From positions 2,635 through 66,634 of the forward strand of contig JAIYAU010000018.1 in assembly GCA_027488865.1 (NCBI GenBank): a DNA stretch of 64,000 nucleotides. The letters are read 5' to 3'. This stretch comes from Cytophagaceae bacterium (GTDB lineage: Bacteria > Bacteroidota > Bacteroidia > Cytophagales > UBA9547). The position numbers and the translations under genes were made by a program. Below, one piece after another: positions 31,676-40,649 of the stretch (its first letter is position 1; each line of letters begins with the position of its first letter). A model generated the notes under the pieces. It did no database searches. It worked only from the letters and a program-made list of their open reading frames with translations, and was not told the DNA's origin.

Positions 31676-33745
31676 TTATTGATTGTTTTGTTCAGGATGT
31701 TCAACTTTTTCAAGTGAATTTTCAGTAGATACTACCGTTTCAGCAGGAACTACCTTATCCACTCTATTAGTAAACTCTTGGTATACAGTTTGTTTTTCAA
31801 AAGGTCTTTTACCAATCAATCGTTCTAGATCGTTTTGAAATATGATTTCTCTTTTTAGCAATTCCTGAGCAATTATTTCGAGTTCATTACTTTTTTCTGA
31901 CAAAAGTTTTTTAACAAATACGTAAGCATTGTTTATGATTTTTCGAACCTCATCATCAATTGTTTGAGCTGTGGCTTCAGAATAAGGTTTGGTAAATGCA
32001 TACTCTGATTGTTTTGAATCATAAAACGATACATTTCCAATCTTGTCGTTCATGCCATAAACCGTCACCATGCTATAAGCCAATTTGGTTATTCTTTCTA
32101 AATCACTTAAAGCGCCAGTAGAAATTTTGCCGAAGATTAACTCTTCTGCAGCTCTACCACCTAATGTCATGCACATTTCATCATAAAGCTGCTCAGTGGT
32201 GTACAAAAACTGTTCTTTAGGTAGATATTGAGCATATCCTAAAGCTGCTACACCTCTTGGAACAATACTAACTTTTACCAACGGGTCGGTATGTTCTAAA
32301 AACCATCCAGCTACAGCGTGTCCAGCCTCGTGATAAGCAACAATTTTTTTCTCATCTGGAGAAATAATTTTATTTTTCTTTTCCAATCCACCAATAACAC
32401 GATCTATGGCATCTTGAAAGTCCTGCATGTCAATTTGTTCTTTGTTTCTTCTTGCAGCGATTAATGCAGCTTCGTTACAAACATTGGCTATTTCAGCACC
32501 TGCAAACCCAGGTGTTTGAGCCGATAATTTCTTGGGATCAATATCAGTTCCTACTTTTAAAGGTTTTAAATGAACTTTAAAAATAGCTTCCCTTCCTACT
32601 AAATCTGGCTTGTCTATGCTAATTTGTCTATCAAAACGACCTGGTCGTAACAAAGCAGGATCCAATACGTCTGGTCTGTTGGTGGCTGCTAAAATAATAA
32701 CTCCTGAATCTGTTCCAAATCCATCCATTTCTACCAACAAAGAGTTTAAAGTATTTTCTCTTTCGTCATTTGCACCTGGCATAGATGCCCGTCCACGACT
32801 ACGACCGACAGCATCAATCTCATCTATAAATATGATACATGGTGCTTTGTCCTTGGCTTGTCTAAACAAATCTCTTACCCGAGCAGCGCCAACACCCACA
32901 AACATTTCAACAAAATCAGAACCTGAAAGACTGAAAAATGGAACACCTGCTTCACCAGCAACAGCTTTGGCTAACAATGTTTTACCAGTACCAGGGCTGC
33001 CAACTAGAAGCGCTCCTTTGGGAATTTTACCTCCCAAATTTGTAAATTTGGTTGGGCTTTTAAGAAAGTCTACAATTTCTTTAATCTCTTCTTTTGCTTC
33101 TTCCAAGCCTGCTACGTCCGCAAATGTGATTTTAACCTTATTTTCGGCATCAAATAGAGCTGCTCTGCTTTTTCCAATATTGAAAATTTGCCCACCGGCA
33201 CCACCAATTGACATTCTTCTTAATATTAACCATATGGCCACACCGAATATGATCATCACTCCCCAGGAAGACAATAGAGATTCTAGGTCGATACGGTTGT
33301 CGTCAAATTTATAGCCGATACGATTATTTTCTGGCATCTTTGCCTGAATTTTCTCCATTCTTTCTTCAAAATGACCTACATCGCCAATATAAAATTTAAA
33401 ATGTGGACCTTTTAAGGTTGGTGTAATTCCTTTTTTATCAAATATGGCAGTGTACTTGCTATTTTTTAGAGCATCTTCTTTTAGATAAACTTCCACATCG
33501 TGACGATGCACAATAACTACTTCTTTTACGTCATGTGCCAAAAGCATTTCTTCAAACTTCTTTGAATCAATTTCTTCCACATTTACTTTGCCATAAAATT
33601 GAATACCAATTATTAGGGCAAACAATGACAGCATTAACCAAATATGGTAGTTATTCCCTTTTTGAGGAGATTTGGGTAGTAAAAGTGGTTTCTTCTTTTT
33701 TTCAGGATTATTATCTGATGACGTGTTGTTCTGATCTTGAGGCAT
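31676..33745 (-). CDS. ftsH: ATP-dependent zinc metalloprotease FtsH
   Basis: Walker A GSPGTGKT, Walker B IIFIDEID, SRH region, and the HEAGHAV zinc site. Confidence 0.97.
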   Translation of the reverse strand: MPQDQNNTSSDNNPEKKKKPLLLPKSPQKGNNYHIWLMLSLFALIIGIQFYGKVNVEEIDSKKFEEMLLAHDVKEVVIVHRHDVEVYLKEDALKNSKYTAIFDKKGITPTLKGPHFKFYIGDVGHFEERMEKIQAKMPENNRIGYKFDDNRIDLESLLSSWGVMIIFGVAIWLILRRMSIGGAGGQIFNIGKSRAALFDAENKVKITFADVAGLEEAKEEIKEIVDFLKSPTKFTNLGGKIPKGALLVGSPGTGKTLLAKAVAGEAGVPFFSLSGSDFVEMFVGVGAARVRDLFRQAKDKAPCIIFIDEIDAVGRSRGRASMPGANDERENTLNSLLVEMDGFGTDSGVIILAATNRPDVLDPALLRPGRFDRQISIDKPDLVGREAIFKVHLKPLKVGTDIDPKKLSAQTPGFAGAEIANVCNEAALIAARRNKEQIDMQDFQDAIDRVIGGLEKKNKIISPDEKKIVAYHEAGHAVAGWFLEHTDPLVKVSIVPRGVAALGYAQYLPKEQFLYTTEQLYDEMCMTLGGRAAEELIFGKISTGALSDLERITKLAYSMVTVYGMNDKIGNVSFYDSKQSEYAFTKPYSEATAQTIDDEVRKIINNAYVFVKKLLSEKSNELEIIAQELLKREIIFQNDLERLIGKRPFEKQTVYQEFTNRVDKVVPAETVVSTENSLEKVEHPEQNNQ

Positions 33746-33810
33746 TTGTTATTATCTTATTTGTAGTAATAAATACAATATTGGTTAAATTGTTTAAATA
33801 ATTACAATTA

Positions 33811-34191
33811 TCAATCCAAATCTTTTACGTAAGTTATTTTGGCATCACCCCATAAATCTTCCAATCCATAAAAATCTCTTTTGTCTTGTTGAAAAACATG
33901 TGCGATTACATCAATATAGTCTATCAATATCCATTCTTTGTTTTCTTTTCCTTCTTTGTGCCAAGGATTTTGATTAGTTGCCTTAAAAATTTCTTCTTCA
34001 ACTGAGTCGGCAATTGCATCTACCTGATTACCAGAATTTCCATTACAAATTATAAAATAATCAGCTATCGAGTTTTTTATGCCTTGCATATCTACTATGG
34101 CTATTTTTGTGGCCTTTTTCTCTTGCATTCCTTTCACTACCAACTCTACCATTCCCGTTGTTTCTATATCTTTCGCTAGTTTTTTGCGCAT
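33811..34191 (-). CDS. rsfS: Ribosomal silencing factor RsfS (Iojap family)
   Basis: 126 aa. DYFIICNGNSGNQVDAIADSV...WILIDYIDVIAHVF...YGLEDLWGDA is the family pattern. Confidence 0.85.
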   Translation of the reverse strand: MRKKLAKDIETTGMVELVVKGMQEKKATKIAIVDMQGIKNSIADYFIICNGNSGNQVDAIADSVEEEIFKATNQNPWHKEGKENKEWILIDYIDVIAHVFQQDKRDFYGLEDLWGDAKITYVKDLD

Positions 34192-34226
34192 TATCCGTAA
34201 TTTTAAACCGTAAAATTAACAATATC

Positions 34227-35003
34227 TTGGACAATATAGAATTTACTACTTCAATAATTGGTTGTCAGTATATTTATCTGCCACAATGTCATTCTACTAA
34301 CGATTACGCCTTGTTAATGGCTAGAAAAAATGATGCAAAAGAAGGGTGTATTGTTAACACTGGAAACCAAACCATGGGTCGAGGACAAAGAGGAAGTGTT
34401 TGGTTATCTGAGCCAAATCAAAATTTAACATTTTCAATTGTACTAAAACCTTCGTTTGTGGGCCTTTCACAACAATTTATATTAAACATGATAGTGTCAT
34501 TAGGTATTATGGATACCCTAAAAGTAATGTTACCATTACATCAGTTTAAAATAAAATGGCCAAATGATATCTATGTTTACCACGAAGAAAATTGGAAAAA
34601 GTTGGGAGGTATTTTAATTGAAAATGTAATTAATGGCACAACTTTGATAAACTCCGTCGTGGGAATAGGATTAAATATCAACCAAACCGTTTTTGATATA
34701 CCTTCTGCAATTTCAATAAAATCCATATTAAATACGCACACCGACCCAAAAATTGTTCTATTAAATATTGCAAAATATGTTGAACATTATTATTTGAAAT
34801 TAAAAAATAACGAACTGGATTATATTCGGTACGCTTATACACAACAGTTGTATGCTTATGGAGAATACCATCAATTTGATATTCATGGATCAAGACAAAA
34901 AGGAATTGTGCTCGGGGTGGGTGATAATGGTATGTTGGCTATCCAATTTGAAAAAAATATCCATTATTATAATATCAAAGAAGTTAAATTTATTTTTGAT
35001 TGA
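34227..35003 (+). CDS. birA: Biotin--[acetyl-CoA-carboxylase] ligase (group I BirA, no HTH)
   Basis: GRGQRGSVW (GRGRxGRxW-type) motif and KWPNDIY. The in-frame TTG at 34227 is preferred because the listed start at 34107 would overlap the divergent rsfS. Confidence 0.85.
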   Translation: MDNIEFTTSIIGCQYIYLPQCHSTNDYALLMARKNDAKEGCIVNTGNQTMGRGQRGSVWLSEPNQNLTFSIVLKPSFVGLSQQFILNMIVSLGIMDTLKVMLPLHQFKIKWPNDIYVYHEENWKKLGGILIENVINGTTLINSVVGIGLNINQTVFDIPSAISIKSILNTHTDPKIVLLNIAKYVEHYYLKLKNNELDYIRYAYTQQLYAYGEYHQFDIHGSRQKGIVLGVGDNGMLAIQFEKNIHYYNIKEVKFIFD

Positions 35004-35051
35004 GTTTGTCTTTAATAAAACAAAAAAATACCTTTAACAAACTTTATTTTT

Positions 35052-35858
35052 ATGAATCTTGAGCCATATTATAAAATAGTAATTGATTGGGCCTACATTT
35101 TTATTCCAAAATTAGCAGGAGCTTTAGTTGTATTTATTGTAGGTATTTACGTAACTAATTTTATTTCAAAAATATTCTCTAAAGGACTAAAGCGCAATGG
35201 TATAGATGTTTCGTTGCAAACATTTTTGGGTAGTTTGGTTACAGGAGGATTGCGTGTACTCCTTTTAATTACAGTCGCTGGAATGTTGGGAATTCAAACC
35301 ACTTCATTTGTAGCTGTAGTAGGAGCCTTGGGTTTGGCGGTAGGTTTAGCACTGCAAGGATCCTTAGCTAATTTTGCTGGTGGTGTGTTATTGTTGGTTT
35401 TTAAACCATTTAAAGTAGGTGACCTAATAGAATCAAATGGTCAAATTGGTAATGTACTTGAAATTCAAATCTTTAATACCATTTTACTTACCTCTGATCA
35501 AAAAACAATCATTTTGGCAAATGGTGGAGTTTCCAATAGTACCATAGTTAATTATAGCAGGCATGGTAGTTTAAGGGTAGATTTAAACTTTTTTTTAGAC
35601 CCAGCCACAAACATTGATTATACTAAAGACGTTGTTTTAAAGACGTTAAGTACAAATAGTTTTGTTTTAACCGATCCAGCGCCAATAGTAGGTATTGTTT
35701 CTGTTGCCAATGGTATGATTCATTTGGCGGTAAGGCCCTTTGCTGCTTCTGAGAATTACTGGTCAGCCTATTTTTCTTTACAGGAGGATATAAAAAGGGC
35801 ATTTGAGCTCCATGAAATTAAAGGTCCCACTCCTACAACTGTGGTTATAAATAAATAG
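35052..35858 (+). CDS. Small-conductance mechanosensitive channel (MscS family)
   Basis: Three TM segments followed by an MscS beta-domain pattern (FKPFKVGDLIESNGQIGNVLEIQIFNTILLTSDQKTIILANG). Confidence 0.8.
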   Translation: MNLEPYYKIVIDWAYIFIPKLAGALVVFIVGIYVTNFISKIFSKGLKRNGIDVSLQTFLGSLVTGGLRVLLLITVAGMLGIQTTSFVAVVGALGLAVGLALQGSLANFAGGVLLLVFKPFKVGDLIESNGQIGNVLEIQIFNTILLTSDQKTIILANGGVSNSTIVNYSRHGSLRVDLNFFLDPATNIDYTKDVVLKTLSTNSFVLTDPAPIVGIVSVANGMIHLAVRPFAASENYWSAYFSLQEDIKRAFELHEIKGPTPTTVVINK

Positions 35859-35868
35859 TTGTTATTAA

Positions 35869-36270
35869 ATGAATGAACTAACAATTAATATTCCTGCCTT
35901 ACTTTTTCCTACTATATCCCTGTTATTACTTGCCTATACTAACAGGTATATAGCTGTGAGTAACAGAATAAGATTGCTTCACACTCAGTACAAATCAGAT
36001 CAAAGTAATGGGCTTTTGATACAAATCAGGATATTGAAAAACAGAATTTTATTAATAAGAAACATGCAATTGGCAGGCATTGGAAGCATGTTTGTGGCGG
36101 CGCTGACGATGTTTCTAATCTATTATAAAATCCAAGAGTGGGCACATGCAGTATTTGGATTCAGTTTGGTGTTGATGTTGGCCTCGTTATCTTTATGTGC
36201 GGTGGAGATTTATTTATCTAACAAAGCGCTGATGGTTCAATTAAAGGATATAGAACACCTTGTAAATTAG
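35869..36270 (+). CDS. DUF2721-family membrane protein
   Basis: N-terminus ...PALLFPTISLLLLAYTNRY and the 3-TM layout resemble DUF2721 as I recall it. Confidence 0.55.
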   Translation: MNELTINIPALLFPTISLLLLAYTNRYIAVSNRIRLLHTQYKSDQSNGLLIQIRILKNRILLIRNMQLAGIGSMFVAALTMFLIYYKIQEWAHAVFGFSLVLMLASLSLCAVEIYLSNKALMVQLKDIEHLVN

Positions 36271-36284
36271 ATATTTGAAGAAAT

Positions 36285-36315
36285 AAAAAAGAGGAAATAT
36301 TGCTATTTCCTCTTT
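36285..36315. terminator. Bidirectional terminator between the DUF2721 gene and the cold-shock gene
   Basis: An A6 run, then AGAGGAAATA-TTGC-TATTTCCTCT, then TT. It lies between convergent stops. Confidence 0.75.
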
Positions 36316-36328
36316 ACGTAGTTTTTGA

Positions 36329-36538
36329 TTAAAGCACTCTTACATTAACAGCGTTTAAGCCTTTTTTACCTCTTTCTACTTCATATTCAACTTGGTCATT
36401 TTCTCTTACTTGATCAATAAGACCTGATGAATGAACGAAGATATCTTCTGAAGAATCTTCTGGTTTAATGAAACCAAAACCTTTGGTGTCATTAAAAAAT
36501 TTAATTGTACCTTTTTGCATTATATTATATTGATTCAC
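36329..36538 (-). CDS. Cold-shock protein (CspA family)
   Basis: RNP1 KGFGFI and RNP2 VFVH-type (IFVHSS) motifs. About 64-69 aa. Confidence 0.9.
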   Translation of the reverse strand: MNQYNIMQKGTIKFFNDTKGFGFIKPEDSSEDIFVHSSGLIDQVRENDQVEYEVERGKKGLNAVNVRVL

Positions 36539-36672
36539 AATTTAATCATTTAAAATGGATATATAATACTTAATATTTTTATTGTACGGGATTAATTTTA
36601 AAATTTGTAGGCAAATGTTTGATGTAAAGGAAGTTGTGTAAAAAATAAATTTATAATAAATCTCGACTTTTT

Positions 36673-37794
36673 TTAATCTTTAATGATTTTAAATGTTTTT
36701 AAGTCATTTTCTGTTTCAATCCTCACATAATAAACACCTGAATTAAGTGTTGATATGTCAACCAAGTTGGTTTCTTTTTCAAGATTATAATGTTGGACTT
36801 GTTTTCCATCAAATGAATATATATATAATTTGACCATTTCTTCCACAGCAATGTCAATTTCCAATTTGTTGTTGTGTTTTATTAAAATAATTTCTTTTGA
36901 GCTAAAAACTTCCTTATTATTGGAATAAGTTATTTCCCCAAGTTTATCAACCGCTTTTAAGCGAACTAAGGTGTTTTCAAGATTGGTATTTATAAATTCT
37001 TCATATTCTTGATAGCCATTTTGACGAGACGTTATTGTTGAAAGTGTTTGCCATTTTTCACCATCTTTATATTCGATTTCATAATAATCCATCTCATCTT
37101 CTTGTGCCGACCAATAAAATGCTAAGCCATTATTAGTACTTTTTACATCAAAATTGATTAAGCTTACTGGAGTGGTGGTTGGAATACTATAATTAAGTCT
37201 CATTACCACATAATTAACAGAAATACTCGCTGTACCTGTGGTAGAAGGCATATTTATGTTAGGTACAAAAGAAAAGGCGAAATTTCCGCTAGTTAAGTCT
37301 GCTACTGATAAAGAGCTATTACCCCAAAGTTCGCTTGCGCCCCCATAGCCACCACAACCAAAAAGTGGAAAACAAAAGATTTCTGGTGCAAATTTTCTTC
37401 CTATTTGTACTCCATTGTTAAGTAATCGCACCTCGAGCGTATAGTTAGTTGATGTGCCACCAGGACTTGAAATAGAACCATAGGCAAAAACCGTTAATCC
37501 GCATACAACGGCATTTGCCGGCAAAGTGGGGAATGTGCCTGTGAGAATTAAACTTGCAGGGTTAGTGCCTGTTGTACAGGGAGGTGTAGTACATGTAAAC
37601 GAATAAGAAGCATTTGTAGCATCATTTGTAAGAATGTTGTTAGGATTGTTCCAGTTGGGTACCCCAGGTACCACTGAGGCGGTACCATTATGAACAAAAT
37701 TAGCTGTTGAAGTACATTGTGCGTAACAAAAACTATTTTTTATAATACTTAAAAAAGTAATATTTATTGCTATCAAGAATAGTTTGTTAAACAT
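36673..37794 (-). CDS. Secreted protein with a T9SS C-terminal sorting domain
   Basis: The likely start is MFNKLFLIAINITFLSIIKNSFCYAQ (residue 22 of the listed ORF). The C-terminus LYIYSFDGKQV...GVYYVRIETENDLKTFKIIKD is a T9SS CTD. Confidence 0.65.
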   Translation of the reverse strand: MFNKLFLIAINITFLSIIKNSFCYAQCTSTANFVHNGTASVVPGVPNWNNPNNILTNDATNASYSFTCTTPPCTTGTNPASLILTGTFPTLPANAVVCGLTVFAYGSISSPGGTSTNYTLEVRLLNNGVQIGRKFAPEIFCFPLFGCGGYGGASELWGNSSLSVADLTSGNFAFSFVPNINMPSTTGTASISVNYVVMRLNYSIPTTTPVSLINFDVKSTNNGLAFYWSAQEDEMDYYEIEYKDGEKWQTLSTITSRQNGYQEYEEFINTNLENTLVRLKAVDKLGEITYSNNKEVFSSKEIILIKHNNKLEIDIAVEEMVKLYIYSFDGKQVQHYNLEKETNLVDISTLNSGVYYVRIETENDLKTFKIIKD

Positions 37795-38024
37795 ATGTAG
37801 TTTGTTAGATAAATAAAAGCAAAAATGTAATGTAAGCTCTTTTGTATAAGGCCACAAATAAAGTAGTAAAAGTACAATATATTCTCAAATTAATCAATAA
37901 GTTTAGTTCAATCCCGATCCCGCTTCGGTGTAAAACTAATCTGCATTTTTGATCTAAATCATACATCTATTATTTAGTTAAATTTTAAATTGTACAAGTG
38001 GCCTTTATAATTCATTATAATTAT

Positions 38025-38032
38025 TAAATTTG
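38025..38032 (+). promoter_or_regulatory. Candidate -7 box (TAAATTTG) for the ParA-like gene
   Basis: Exact TAnnTTTG match about 75 nt upstream of the ATG at 38106. Chance occurrence is plausible. Confidence 0.3.
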
Positions 38033-38105
38033 CTAATGAATGACGTAATCGTTCTATAAATTATAAAAAGAAGTTTAAACACTTAAATTTATTAATTCAT
38101 AATTC

Positions 38106-38858
38106 ATGAATCCACAGATTATATCCGTCGTTAATCAAATAAAAGGTACGTACAAAACAACTACTTGCATTCAATTGGCTAAAGCACTATTTAAAAGCCA
38201 CAAAAAGGTTTTAGTGATGGATTTGGACGCTGTAAATGTGGCAAATAACCACGAGTATCATGGGGTATTTAATTCAAAACAAAACATTTCAAAACAAACA
38301 GAGTCAGGTATTATAACAAATAATGAATTTGATTTAATTAGCTACATTTCTCTGGCTATGGTAATAGAATCTAATGATCAATCTATTGATAATGAATTTA
38401 TTATTACTAACCTACTTAAAAGTATTGTCAAGAAATACGATTACATCCTTATCGATTGTCCTGCTGGCACTCCAAATCTTTACAAAAATGCATTATTGGC
38501 TTCAAATTGGCTAATTGTGCCCATACCTATTGATCAACTTAGCTTAAGAGCTTTAGAAATGCTTCAACAAGAAGTAAATGAGGTTAATATAAATTATGGA
38601 AATAATTTGCAAATTTTAGGGATACTACTGATAAAACATGAGAATAGTCAACAAATTTCCCAAGAAATCAGAATCTATATCACACAAATACTAAATTTGA
38701 AGATATTTAATCATACTATCAGTTACGATAGTCCATCGTTAAAAACAACTAAATTGAAAAAACCTGTTGCTTCAGTTTTGCAACTAGAATATCTTGCATT
38801 TTCTGAGGAGTTTAGAAAAACTATTAAGGCTAAGCTGTTGATTGAGAGTTCAATGTAA
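38106..38858 (+). CDS. ParA/MinD-family protein with a degenerate deviant Walker A (probable pseudo-ATPase)
   Basis: Collinear with Soj/ParA: IISVVNQIKGTYKTTT aligns with IIAVANQKGGVGKTTT, VLVMDLD with VLLVDLD, and YILIDCPAG is the Walker B. The signature Lys is replaced by Ile, and the Gly before the P-loop Lys is replaced by Tyr. Confidence 0.65.
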   Translation: MNPQIISVVNQIKGTYKTTTCIQLAKALFKSHKKVLVMDLDAVNVANNHEYHGVFNSKQNISKQTESGIITNNEFDLISYISLAMVIESNDQSIDNEFIITNLLKSIVKKYDYILIDCPAGTPNLYKNALLASNWLIVPIPIDQLSLRALEMLQQEVNEVNINYGNNLQILGILLIKHENSQQISQEIRIYITQILNLKIFNHTISYDSPSLKTTKLKKPVASVLQLEYLAFSEEFRKTIKAKLLIESSM

Positions 38859-38951
38859 AATGAGCTAAAAAATTTATTAAAATTTTAAACATTTTTAAAG
38901 GATATTAGTATTCACATCGCTAGTTGTCACCAACATTAAAATAATTTTATC

Positions 38952-39299
38952 ATGATAGAATTTGATAAAATAGCTCAAGGTTATGGTATTCCAGATTCTT
39001 CAATAGTTAAAATGGTAACTATATTTATTGAAAGTACTAAAAGTGATTTATCTGTATTACAACACGCAATATATTTAGGTAACTTTCTAAAAATTCATAA
39101 AACTGCTCATAAACTTAAGTCATCTTTCGGGTATTTTGATTTGAAGTTACTTGTATTAACGTGTCAACAACTGGAGTTGGAAGCATATGAAACAAATAAA
39201 GTCGAATGTCAGTTGCTTATCAATCAATTGATGCTCGACCTAGAACACGTCTTTGAACAAATGAATAAATATTTGTCTTCCGCCCCCAAAATTAGTTAG
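38952..39299 (+). CDS. Stand-alone histidine phosphotransfer (Hpt) domain protein
   Basis: 115 aa, four-helix-bundle-like. HKTAHKLKSSFGYF matches the Hpt H-x-L-K-[GS]-S phospho-His motif. Confidence 0.7.
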   Translation: MIEFDKIAQGYGIPDSSIVKMVTIFIESTKSDLSVLQHAIYLGNFLKIHKTAHKLKSSFGYFDLKLLVLTCQQLELEAYETNKVECQLLINQLMLDLEHVFEQMNKYLSSAPKIS

Positions 39300-39424
39300 T
39301 TGTTAATTGTCTAGCATTTAATATTTTCCATGCACACCGAAAATTGAATTTTTAATCACTTCTGCTCTCAATATTTTTTTGTTAAACAATTATTCTCCTA
39401 TATTTAACTTTTAAGTTAGGCATA

Positions 39425-40618
39425 ATGAAGGGTCAAAACATAATTTTTATAGGTCAACAAGATTTTGATAATGAGGTAGGTTCTAATGCGGTAAACATGG
39501 CCTGTGAAATGGCCAAAAACAATCAGGTGGTTTACATAAATAACGCCTTGGATAGAAAAACCCTAAAAAACAAAAGCAACGATCCCAAAATAATTAAAAA
39601 ACTAAAAATTAGGAAGGGTCAAGAACTTGGTCTACAACAAATTAATAATACGCTTCAAATTTTTTATCCAAAGGTAATTTTAGAATCAATTAATTGGCTT
39701 CCGTCGGGGTTTGTTTATGATTTTTTTAATAAAATTAATTCAAAAAGACTAGCTAGAGAAATAAACAAACTAGTATCAAGCTTGGGTTGGAAAGATTACA
39801 TTTTGTTTAATGATTGTTTAATTTCTAAAACATTCTATTTTAATTCCTTACTAAAGCCTAAAAAGTATTTCTATTATATTAGAGATAACTTTAAACCTAT
39901 TCCTTATTTTCAAAAACATGCCATTAAAGAACAAGAACATATTCTTGGATATGTGGATGCTGTATTTGCTAATTCTGGCTTTTTAGCAAAATATGCTTCT
40001 CAATTTAATCCACTATCTTTTGATATTGGCCAAGGGTGCGATTTAGACTTATATTTAAAAGTAAATATAAATACTTCATCAGAAATTGAGGCCATAGAGG
40101 GAATTAAAATAGGATATACAGGCTTTTTGACCTCCATGCGATTAGATATCAAACTTATTGAAAAAATTGCAGAAGAAAGACCGAATTGGCAAATTGTTTT
40201 AGTAGGGCCAGAAGACGATCGCTTTAAAGCTAGTTCACTTCATCAACGGTCAAATATTCACTTTTTAGGTCGTAAAGCACCTGAACAAATGCCAAATTAC
40301 ATTAAAGGTTTTGATGTGTGCTTTAATCCACAGTTAATTAACGAATTAACTGAAGGAAATTATCCTAGAAAAGTGGATGAATATTTGGCCATGGGAAAGC
40401 CTGTAGTGGCTACCAAAACGGATTTTATGGCATATTTTGCTGATTGTACCTATCTTGCTACTGATACTGTTGAGTTTATAGAAAAAATAGAACTTGCTTT
40501 GGCAGAAGATTCTGAACAAAAACAAAAACAAAGGCTTGAGGTAGCAAAAGGGCATTCTTGGGAAGATAATGTAAACAAAATTTATAAAGTAATAGAAGAT
40601 AAATTCCAGATTTATTAG
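39425..40618 (+). CDS. Glycosyltransferase, GT-B fold (GT4/TuaH-like)
   Basis: C-terminal half IGYTGFL...VLVGPE...IHFLGRK...FNPQ...PRKVDEYLAMGKPVVAT is typical of GT1/GT4 retaining transferases. Confidence 0.7.
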   Translation: MKGQNIIFIGQQDFDNEVGSNAVNMACEMAKNNQVVYINNALDRKTLKNKSNDPKIIKKLKIRKGQELGLQQINNTLQIFYPKVILESINWLPSGFVYDFFNKINSKRLAREINKLVSSLGWKDYILFNDCLISKTFYFNSLLKPKKYFYYIRDNFKPIPYFQKHAIKEQEHILGYVDAVFANSGFLAKYASQFNPLSFDIGQGCDLDLYLKVNINTSSEIEAIEGIKIGYTGFLTSMRLDIKLIEKIAEERPNWQIVLVGPEDDRFKASSLHQRSNIHFLGRKAPEQMPNYIKGFDVCFNPQLINELTEGNYPRKVDEYLAMGKPVVATKTDFMAYFADCTYLATDTVEFIEKIELALAEDSEQKQKQRLEVAKGHSWEDNVNKIYKVIEDKFQIY

Positions 40619-40649
40619 ATTTTTACTTCATGTATGTTAATTTTAGCAA

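Noticed and set aside
32610-33314. 234-aa ORF antisense to ftsH, and similar antisense ORFs at 148-372, 404-667, 16318-16578, 20522-21257, 55567-56961 and 63384-63632
   Set aside because: Each lies entirely inside a strongly conserved gene on the opposite strand. The translations are low-complexity (S/P/A/L-rich) with no motifs. These are typical shadow ORFs.
34107-34226. N-terminal 40-aa extension of birA given by the ORF track
   Set aside because: The extension would overlap the divergent rsfS coding region by 85 nt, and it is hydrophobic junk. Homology to BirA begins after the in-frame TTG at 34227.
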